A program made the translations under genes and the position numbers. Of a DNA stretch of 64,000 nucleotides, positions 1-9,186 are shown in pieces (within the stretch, counting starts at the first letter, position 1; each line of letters opens with the position of its first letter). Source of the stretch: Hypanus sabinus (lineage: Eukaryota); the NCBI RefSeq assembly GCF_030144855.1, contig NC_082715.1, positions 146,382,001-146,446,000 on the forward strand. Reading direction: 5' to 3'. A model generated the notes under the pieces. The model saw nothing but the letters and a program-made list of their open reading frames with translations, was not told the DNA's origin and ran no database searches.

Positions 1-370
1 CTTCCTTTAATGCCCCTGCTCCCCCTGTTACCCCATCCGTGACATATTTAGTTGTTTGCCTGTTCTCCAGCTTCTTCTGGTGCTCCTCCCTCCATTCTTT
101 CTCCTGAGGCCTCCCGTCCCATTATCCTTTCCCTTCTCCAGCTCTGTATCACTTTCGCCAATCACCTTTCCAGCTCTTAGCTTCATTCCACCCCCTCCGG
201 TCTTCTCCTATCATTTCGCATTTCCCCCTCCCCCCACTACTTTGAAATCTCTTACTACCTTTCCTTTCGGTTCGTCCTGACGAAGGATCTCGGCACCAAA
301 CGTCGACAGCGCTTCTCCCTATAGATGCTGCCTGGCCTGCTGTGTTCCACCAGCATATTTGTGTGTGTTG
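1..370 (+). mobile_element. 3' part of Penelope-like element (runs off window); same insertion as 26689-27317
   Basis: Homologous to the 3' half of 26689-27317; ends ...tgtgtgttg followed by ATGCAATCTTCA (371-382), the same right flank as in U3; hammerhead-like CTGACGA at 277-283. Confidence 0.8.
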
Positions 371-595
371 ATGCAATCTTCAGATTACGGTTACTTGATG
401 AGCATCTGGGAATGCCTTTAACTGAGACTAATTAACATTGGAGTTTGAATTAAGAATTATAGTCATTTAATAGAAAGTCATTTAAAAATGACGAAACTTA
501 AATGATGAATCTGAACGCAGATACTGAACTGCAAAAGAATAATGTTTTAAAGCTATTTTAATGAAGGAAAGGACGGATTAAATAAGCTTTTCATC

Positions 596-601
596 TTTAT
601 T
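596..601 (-). terminator. Polyadenylation signal of U1 IgL
   Basis: AATAAA on the minus strand immediately 3' of the TAA stop (619-621); conserved in U3 and U4. Confidence 0.75.
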
Positions 602-618
602 AAGTTTCAAATGTAGAT

Positions 619-941
619 TTAGATACAGCTGGATCTCTCGATCGTTGCTACAAACGGGTTTGCGAGAGCCTCGTGTTTAACCACGCAGGAGTAACGCTCG
701 TGTGAGCTCCATTCTGAGGCTGGCAGAGTCAGGTAACTGCTCACACTAAACGTGTTGTCCGTGTCCTGAATGGCAGGGCTCGTCTCAACGCCATCGCTTT
801 TCGTACGTCTGTCCACGGTCCACTCAATGCCCACAGCTCCCGGATTAAAACGGCTCACCAAACATACCAGTGTCGCTGTGCCCTTTCCCGCAATTTCTTC
901 GGCTGAAGGCCTGAGGACGGTGACCATGGGGCTCCGGGGAT
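619..941 (-). CDS. IGLC: U1 Ig light chain constant exon (lambda/type II-like), intact
   Basis: Acceptor tttaaacag|AT, phase 1. (N)PRSPMVTVLRPSAEE...LVCLV...EW...YLTL...YSCVVKHEALANP...RSSCI-stop has both intradomain Cys, the Trp and the penultimate interchain Cys. 323 nt. Confidence 0.95.
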
Positions 942-2404
942 CTGTTTAAAACAAGGTGACAGTTTAGTATAGGTTGAGTAACTGTTTCTGTTAAAACATC
1001 ACTTTTGTTTAAAATGCAGTTGGTATTTCATGTATTCCTTCAACTTAATGAACAAATATTTATTTTACCGTTTTCCCATTTCTATCGGTTAAATTAGACG
1101 TGAAAAAATTCCCACCTAAAATCTCCCGTGATATTTGTTTTTTGTGACGCAGAGGCACAATATGAATGTCGTAAAATGAATGATTTCGGCACGGGTTTTA
1201 ACCAGCATTGAAAGAATGAATGAAATTAATTTATTTCGGTCCGTACAACATAACAAAAAGCATAGATATTCTTGAAAACAGACCGAAAGGCTACCACTTA
1301 TTGCCGCTACCCCTCTTACTTACACAACAACATGTTTGGCGTCAATCATCACGTCAAAAAAGATTATAATCTTTTTACACAAAATCCAAATCCAAATATC
1401 AAATATATTTATATTACTCCCATTCATTTAAAACCATGTATTTTATATTTGTACATTAAATAATTTCTAAATTTTTAAAAAACTTGTTCAGTGTATGCAT
1501 GTTTTGAAATTCTTACTACAACTGTTCCATAGGGTCACCCCTCTGACTGAAAGATAATGATATTTTACATCTGTTCTTATCCTTTGATTTTGAAATATAC
1601 ATATTCCTCTCAAATCATGTTGACTTCCTCTCATTTTAAACAACCTTTGGATACTTTGTGGTAGTTGTCCTTTGGATTCCGGTTGAATAAAAATCTGAGG
1701 TTATACCTGACTGCCAGTTGTGGCTTCCATTGGGACCTAAGCTTCCACCGTTTCTACTTCTACCTTAGACACCTTCACTCCATTCAGATCTTCAGTCATC
1801 GAGACAAGAGGCTGAAGTCCAATACATGTTTTGCTTAAAATCGGGGATCAGTACACGGGGCTCTCAAACTTTTTTATGTTATGGACCCCTACCATTAGCA
1901 GAGGGATGTGTAGACCCGAGACTGGGAAGCACTTGAATAGTGTATTTAATTCATCTCAGCCATCAGAATACAGAATTCGCTTTGCGCAGTATAAAACTAC
2001 AGCCTGCCTGCACAGTAAATCACTTTTGGACAGTTTAACATATGTGTTGAAAGTTACACGCTTTGTTTCCGAAATATTATTTTTCCACTTAAAGTAAATC
2101 ATTCAAATCTGGTTTGTGGAGTGTAACGGATCTTTGTCCTTACACTCTTCACTGAGGAAACCACTTTCTTACAATGTTCACGACCGAGGTGGTAAAGAGA
2201 GGGAATACAACTGTGTTCATCTAATATGGTTCAGAACTGCGGCTCCACGTGGTTTACTTTAATATCTTTAAGTAATTTAAAGTAATTTTAAGTAATGTAT
2301 TTTTAAGTAATTTAAGTAGTTTTAGTAAATTAAGTAATTCTAGAAAGCTTGCTGTTCTGTGGTTCAATTTTTAGTGTAATGACAACTTTAATGATGGAAT
2401 AATT

Positions 2405-2715
2405 CCACTGATTTACTTCCCGTTATGCCGCTGTCGTTCAGGGCAGTAATAAAGATCCTCAATCTCTGTCTACAGAAGGAGTCGCACACATGTTTCATTG
2501 CTATTTCCATAAAAAACTTTCACCTGCCAGCGGTTTTATCCCTGAGATGAACCCCCGAACCTGGATGGCGTAAGGATCACTCTTAGTCGGCCCTCTGCCC
2601 TTTGACTTGTTGGGCATGTTTGACTCTATCAAAAACCAAAGCGCAACGCCATGGCACTCGCCAACATAGCTCTCCGGGTCAATCAGCCACGCATGTCTTT
2701 AATCCCTATGATACG
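2405..2715 (-). mobile_element. Short RTE-related interspersed repeat, present at the same site in all four units
   Basis: Minus strand ends ...ctgccctgaacgacagcggcataacgggaagtaa, resembling RTE-type 3' ends; copies near 15420, 29405 and 50260. Family assignment from memory only. Confidence 0.45.
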
Positions 2716-3158
2716 GTGGTCCTCTTGGACGTTGACTTCCACAAGGTGACTCAAATGCATCACGATTTGAAATTGCCAAGTTTCAGTATCACAATTAGCA
2801 GAAAAGTCTGTCTGCCATGTTTGCACATATTGACATTCAAAAGTAAGGGAGAAATAATACCAACAGTTGAAAGCATAAAATACTAAAAGGCGTCTGCTAA
2901 TAACCATATAACAATTACAGCACGTAAACAGGCCAAGTCCGTGCCGAACGCTTACTCTCACCTTGTCCCACTTACCCGCACTCAGCCTATAAACCCCCAT
3001 TCCATTCCTGTACGTATACCGATCGATTTTTTTAAAAAATGACAAAATGCAACCTGCGTCTACCACTTCTACTGGAAGCTCGCTCCACACAGCTACCGCT
3101 CTTGAGGAAAGAAGATCCCCCTCGTGTTCACCCTAAACATTTGCCCATTAACTTTCAT

Positions 3159-4174
3159 CTCTTTACGATTTATGTCAATGATTTAGCTCTTTACGATTTA
3201 TGTCAATGATTTAGATGAGGGCATTGAAAACTATATCAGCAAGTTTGCTGACGATACTAAACTGGGTGGCAGTGTGACATGCGAAGAGGACGTTAGGAGA
3301 ATACAGGGAGACTTGGATAGGCTGAGTGAGTGGGCAGATGCAGATACTTGGCAGATGTCATTCAATGTTAATAAATGTGAAGTTATCCACTTTGGAAGCT
3401 GGAACAAGAGGGCAGAGTATTGTCTGAACGGTGTCGAGTTAGGTAAGGGAGAAATGCAAAGAGACCTAGGAGTCCTAGTTCACCAGTCAATGAAGGTGAA
3501 TGAGCAAGTGCAACAGGCAGTGAAGAGGGCAAATGGAATGTTGGCCTTTATTACAAGGGGAATTGAGTACAAGAGCAAGGATGTCCTTTTGCATTTGTAC
3601 AGGGCCCTGGTGAGACCACACCTGGAATATTGTGTACAGTTTTGGTCTCCAGGTTTAAGGAAGGACATTCTGGCAATTGAGGAAGTGCAGCGTAGATTCA
3701 CTAGGTTGATTCCTGGGATGGCAGGGCTGTCTTACGCAGAGAGATTGGAGAGATTGGGCTTGTACGCGCTGGAATTGAGGAGATTGAGAGGGGATCTGAT
3801 TGAAACGTTTAAGATAATTAAAGGATTTGATAGGATTGAGGCAGGAAATATGTTCCAGATGTTGGGAGATTCCAGTACCAGAGGGCATGGATTGAGAATA
3901 AGAGGTCAGTTATTTAAAACAGAGTTGAGGAAGAGCTTCTTCTCCCAGAGAGTTGTGGAGGTGTGGAATGCACTGCCTCGGAAGACGGTGGAGGCCAATT
4001 CTCTGGATGCTTTCAAGAAGGAGCTGGATAGATATCTGATGGATAGGGAAATCAAGGGACATGGGGACAAGGCAGGGACTGGGTATTGATAGTGAATGAT
4101 CAGCCATGATCTCAGAATGGCGGTGCAGACTCGAGGGGCTGAATGGTCTACTTCTGCACCTATTGTCTATTGTC
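3159..4174 (+). mobile_element. Young 5'-truncated CR1-clade LINE in the U1 J-C intron
   Basis: ORF 3274-4089 is an RT C-terminal region (upstream in-frame ISKFADDTKLGG, then VRPHLEYCVQFW); tail cttctgcacctattgtctattgtc; site is empty in U2-U4. Confidence 0.9.
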
Positions 4175-4540
4175 ATGTCCTTTCGTTTGCATCTACCCTA
4201 TTCTGAATAGAAAAAGCCTATCCACGTCAGCTCTATCAGTCCCCCTCATAATTTTAAATACCTCTGTCAAGTCCTCTGTCAACCTTCTACGCTCCATATA
4301 CAGACCTTACTTGTTCAACCTTTCTCTGTAACATAGGTGCTAAAATCAAGGTAACATTCTAGTAAATCCTCTCTGTACTCTCTCTATTTTGTTGACATCT
4401 TTCCTATAATTAGGTGAACAGAACTGTACACAATACTCCAAATTTGGCCTCTCCAATGCCTTGTACAATTTTAACATAACATCCCAACTCCTATACTCAA
4501 TGCTCTGATTTATAAAGGTCAGCATACCAAAAGCAATAAA
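4175..4540 (-). mobile_element. Old CR1 fragment in the J-C intron (left part about 2925-3157, split by the young CR1)
   Basis: KLYKALERPNLEYCVQFCSPNYRKDVNKIERVQR motif; equivalent copies at about 29930-30500 and 50810-51390, partial at 15965-16280. Confidence 0.75.
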
Positions 4541-4853
4541 GATTGAGAAGTTCCATTCTAATATCTGCGTGCCACTCTTCGAAGCTCGTTCATGTCTTAA
4601 ATGGTGCAAGTTTGTTTCAGATTTCATTCAGATTCAAATTTATTTCTGTACAGCAAAACACTGAAGGTTGGTTTTAAAATCCCTTGGCGGTTTAATATAA
4701 ACATATAACGGCACAAATCTGGCGATGAAAAAAATAGGACAATGATCAATCTAGCAATTAGTCTTTTCAGTGACATCTCAATGACTTTCCCTATAAGTGA
4801 TGGACTAATTGATCCGCTGTTTTTTATATTCTGTTTCTTTGGACACCACAAGA

Positions 4854-4861
4854 ATTTGCAT
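4854..4861. promoter_or_regulatory. Intronic octamer ATTTGCAT (candidate J-C intron enhancer site)
   Basis: Perfect octamer, conserved at 30815-30822 and 51722-51729; function inferred only. Confidence 0.4.
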
Positions 4862-4931
4862 TAACTGCCTTGTTCATCATTGTTCACCTAAGTACCAAAG
4901 GACAAGCGCATTGATTTGATATTTTACTTAC

Positions 4932-5279
4932 TGCCAATGGCCAGCCTCGTTCCTTTGCCGAAGATGACAACACTATTTATCGACACAGCACAGTAATAGT
5001 CTGCCGCATCCTCCGACTGGACGCTCGATATCGTCAATGTTGCCGTGTTGCCGGATACTGAGCCGCCGAAACGGTTCGGGACTCCAGAGCCTCTGTTAAT
5101 GCTGCTCCCCGATCTATACCAGAACAGATACCGAGGAACTTTTCCGGGAATCTGCTGGAACCAGGCAAGATAGCTACTTCCTAAAGAGGATCCAGACAAG
5201 GTGCAGGGTATTTGGACGGTCTGGCCCGGAGATGTGGATTTCGAAGGTGGTTGATTCATTGTAACTTCCGCGTTGATAT
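4932..5279 (-). CDS. IGLV: U1 germline-joined VJ exon, intact
   Basis: Acceptor tttccag|AT, donor GGCA|gtaagt; 348 nt open frame EVTMNQPPS...C...WFQQ...YYC-AVSINSVVI-FGKGTRLAIG; no heptamer/nonamer between V and J. Confidence 0.95.
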
Positions 5280-5404
5280 CTGGAAACATTCAGAGGGAAG
5301 GAAAAATGTACCGAGATTAATAGTCGAGTAATACCAGAAGTGCGAGAAAAAATATCATTGAATAGTATTCGAGATTCAATATAATATCCATAGAAAATAC
5401 TCAC

Positions 5405-5453
5405 AAATTGCAGTGAACACCAGCGTAGTGACCACACGAACCCACCAAGACAT
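5405..5453 (-). CDS. IGLV: U1 leader exon
   Basis: ATG...MSWWVRVVTTLVFTAI plus 1 nt (49 nt), donor gtgagt, 125-nt intron; splices in frame to give ...TAIYINA|EVT. Confidence 0.92.
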
Positions 5454-5520
5454 TGTAATTAATTGAGTGAAGCTCACACAAGGTGCAGCGGTTAAGTGGC
5501 GTCTCAACCTTTCAGCTCGC

Positions 5521-5570
5521 TTATGAATCCTGTGACGAGCTGGCACTGCGTGTTCTCTATTTATGCAAAT
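5521..5570 (-). promoter_or_regulatory. U1 IgL promoter: decamer/octamer TGATTTGCAT and variant TATA
   Basis: ATTTGCAT on the sense strand (5563-5570, light-chain orientation) about 110 nt upstream of ATG; TTCATAA at 5521-5527 where U3 has TTTATAA. Confidence 0.85.
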
Positions 5571-6129
5571 CAGTTCAAACAGAATGGCACATTGACACCA
5601 ATCACAAGTTGCCAACTTTTCCCTGTGTCAAATTAATTTCAACTTGTTAGCCAGATTAGCATTTCGTTTCGAGCTGTGTATATCGCCAATATATTTTTAG
5701 ATAAAGAAATCTCCTCTCGTCCCTTCAGTTGCAGGCGATATTAAAAATACGCAAACTCGCTCTATTATTAAAGGTGGTGTGTCGGAGATTTTTGAAAACA
5801 AGAGATGATGAAAAAGGTATTGGCAATTAACTGTCGGATAATTATCTGACGGGTTGTCAATGAGGTCCACGCCACTTATCTGTATATTTTTAGAAAACTG
5901 ACTGCCAAACCGATGTAAAGGGTTTGCAATGATTTTGGAAATTTTATTTTCCAGCTGCTCCCTAATCATTCACTTTACTGAAGATATTCAGAAGGAAAAT
6001 TGAGAAAGGGATTGAATCGACCAGACTGCTTATTGCGTGTTGTGAATAATTCAAAGTGAATCAAATGATACCGCTGGTGATTCTCTATAAATTTTGCCAA
6101 CCTTAGGTCAATATGGGGAACTATAATTA

Positions 6130-6550
6130 CATGTAGCTACAGGTGCCTTATACCATGTAATGTACGTAGCGTGTGGCGGGTTGAAGGTACGTCTCTACCA
6201 GAGGAAATGTAAGGTGTTTCGTCCCACCGCCAGCCTGCATGTCACCCTAAGGTAATGTGTCACAGCTGCTTAGCCCCGCGATCAATGTCACGTGAAGCAG
6301 ACGAGCAGGCAGTGGAAGGTCGTATGAGCAACTGGTGCTTAGCAGAAGGCCTGGTTATGCGACCACTGACGACAGGCTGAGAATCTCTGAAGAGTATTGA
6401 CAATGGCTGTGTTCACCCGACTTGTAAAGTTACTTCTTAGGAGAAAGCAATGGCAACAACTTCTGCAGAAAATTTGCAAAGTATAATCATGGGACGGATA
6501 ATGCCATGATCGCCCACAACATACAACAGTGCTCATAATGCTTATTATGT
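6130..6550 (+). mobile_element. SINE-like repeat with RTE-type 3' tail
   Basis: Tail gagaaagcaatggcaacaacttctgcagaaa...catgatcgcccac...ataatg; copies at about 32680-33100 and 55542-55937. Confidence 0.5.
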
Positions 6551-8679
6551 GTTTATATGAAATAAGCAGACATTCTGGAAGTGAATATTTTAATTTCATT
6601 CGTCTCATAGATCAGGCAGAACAGGGACAAAATTCTTCGATCTTAATAATAGTCAAACCAACGAACATGGCAAATTACAAAGTATATAAGTTTTTGACAT
6701 GAAGAGCTATTAGCAGAATAGTGCGTTTTAGATCAAGTATTTAAACCATGAGTTTTGTTATCCTATTTTTAGGGACTTCCCTCATTCCTCAGAGAACAGT
6801 AGAATAAACTCTACAGCTTCGTGTCATTTTTAGGGGAATAAAAAGAGAGGAATTTTAACACAATGAAATGACAGTTATAAAAGATTATGCCAGGCATTCC
6901 GAGGTCCTCTAGCATTTTGAAGGTGGAGCGAACCTGGAATACGGGGATATCTCTCAATTCCTGTCGGACCACAGAATTAGAATCAATCAGCAGCTCACCA
7001 AATATCTCAAAGCAACACAGAATTTAAAAGACGATTTCCGTACCCCAGAAGTTCATGTCCTATTTGCAACAGATTTTTACACAAGAAAACGAGTCAGTGA
7101 ACTTATTCTATCAACAGGTAAGTGGCAGAACTCTTTCCGAACTCTATGGCCATCACGTGTCCGCTGATTCCATACAGAAAACCAGTGAGATTTGTTGCTT
7201 GTAGCGTAATTCCATCCATATGTAAATTAACAAAACACCGGATGAGATTAACTTGAAGGCAACGGTTGCATTTAAACCCTGAACATGCAACTCTAATGGA
7301 AATAATTACATCGTTGTTACCAAATGGAGCGAACAATTGCAAGTCTTCTATCATGTATTAGCATGATGAACAACAGGAGCGACCGTTTCCCCGGAGCTTT
7401 GTTGCGCCTCACCGTAGATTACTGTGGTGCGGGTGTCATATTCCCTGCGAACAATGGAAAATCATAGAAGATGCGAATTCTATTTGCTGTTACAATAACA
7501 TTAATCATAATTGCATTTAATCATTTGGATTAAACTAATTTACATTTGCAGCAATCATCCAATTAAATTACTGAATTTGGGCTATTATTTGGAGATATTA
7601 ACTGCTCCATAGGTTTGCACGGCTGCAACATCCCTCTACAACTTTATATAATCGATATATTTCCACAGTAATCGATGCAGCAGGTTTCAGGTTATCTCCC
7701 AATAGCTAAACCGCGCTGTTTCTGACCTGGGAGTATTTGACAGAGTTGTGTGGAGGGTAATATAGTTTGCCTTTGATTCTTGAGGTAATTTTCTGTGAAT
7801 GTTTCATGGGACATTGCACAAGTTAATGCACGAATAAGGCACAGAGCAAATCTCCTTTACTTTCCCCAATCATTATCCAGCTGTGTCCAGCTCAAGAAGA
7901 CTGCTTATTCGAATAGCTGAAGTGCGTCCAAGAGTTCGGGAGTTGATCGCAATGCAGTTGTAAAGGCGTTTATCGATCCGATACCACATTGGTTGTTTAG
8001 AGCAGATGGAGCTCGTTAACCATGCTTGGCAGCTCATCTCGGAGAAGGAACACTCAGATCTCAAACCTCCGATGCCTTGCGGCGATGCCAGCACATGGGG
8101 AAAGGCTCGGAGTAAACCCCGGTATCCTGGTTCAATTAGTTAAAACCCATACAGCAGAGCGAGCTCTAGTCTTTTTCTACAGTCAAGCATCGAGATGACG
8201 ACATCTCTCTGTGAAACTAGTAGTTGATGTGCAACTGGTAATCCACATTAAAATAAACATTAGGTAACATTAATAAGTAAATATATATATATTCGAATTG
8301 TAACTGCAACTGCAACTGCACATGCGCAGTGAATTCGGGCACCGGAAGGTCTGAGTAATTGCACTGCAGCAAGTTAATAGATTTTAAAAAAATAAGTTAT
8401 AAATATTGTCCAGAGGAATGATCTCCCTCGCTCCTGCTTCTCTTGAAAATAACGCTCCCAAAGGTCGTGTACTGTCACTGCAGCTACGTAATGCCGATTG
8501 TTTGACACGCATTCGGCACCTTTCTACAATGTCAGTCCACGGTTTCCAACCATCTTCAGTGTGGGTCCTGAACCCGCAAATTGCCATTTGAGATGCCGCA
8601 GGTCAATCCACGAAGTAATAAATGACTGACTGACGATTTGTTATCATTCTTTAATATGGACATTTCTTTGTTACTCCAG

Positions 8680-9000
8680 GTGGAGATTGTCCTGCCCTTC
8701 GATTGCTGTTGTTACACCCGAGATTGAAGGACAGATTGTGACTCTGATGTGACTAGTTAACAACTATTCTCTTAGATAAGTGGAGGTGTCTGAGAAATGG
8801 ACCAGAATGTCGTGGCTGCTGTCCAGACAACCCGAGCCGTCCGGGATACCCACCAGACCTACATCCTCAACTGTTACCTCACGCTGACCGCCTCCCAGTG
8901 GAACTCACAAGAAAAGTGCACTTGTGAGATTCCAAGATCGATTCCTTTCTATTTGCAAGCGGCTTTCCTACAGTCGTACTTTACATTATGGCGGAATAAA
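8680..9000 (+). pseudogene. Decayed Ig C1-set (light-chain-like) exon, inverted relative to IgL, U1 copy
   Basis: Acceptor catttctttgttactccag|; reconstructed GDCPALRLLLLHP/EIEGQIVTLM*LVNNYSLR*VEV/MDQNVVAAVQTTRAVRDTHQTYILNCYLTLTASQWNSQEKCTCE; TGA at the first-Cys position (8750-8752); AATAAA 8995-9000. Confidence 0.8.
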
Positions 9001-9186
9001 ACATTTTCACTTTGTAAATGTAACCTGGAATCCTTTGCTACAAAAATTAAAAATATATTCTTCCTAAAATCAGTATACCTTGCGTATCAGCGGTTGAACT
9101 AAACCAGAGGAGGGGCAGCTGATGCCGTGCCCTGACAGTATAAGTCATCAAACATAAAACTGGGTAGAAGAATAGGGCATTTTGTT

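Noticed and set aside
56-376. Short Pro/Phe-rich and antisense ORFs here and the many repeated 60-100 aa ORFs in each unit
   Set aside because: They lie in TE tails or non-coding unit sequence, recur only because of segmental duplication, and gain stops or frameshifts between copies.
2265-2340. AAGTAATTT-like repeats as a CRISPR-like or functional array
   Set aside because: Imperfect low-complexity expansion with no spacers; useful only as a U1/U3 lineage marker.
4984-4995. CACAGCA/CACAGTA as RSS remnants at the V end
   Set aside because: They are the YYC-A-V codons; no nonamer-like sequence at 12 or 23 nt spacing.
4924-5289. ORF-track start MFPDINA and end GSK as true protein ends (also 31476-31841)
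   Set aside because: The ATG lies in the acceptor of the leader intron and SK is the J donor; the real boundaries are splice sites.
619-5453. Joined VJ explained as a processed retrocopy
   Set aside because: The leader intron, multi-kb J-C intron and promoter are all present.
6748-6800. MSFVILFLGTSLIPQRT as leader of the inverted gene
   Set aside because: No suitable phase-1 donor, the implied intron is only about 35 nt, and the peptide is poorly conserved in U4.
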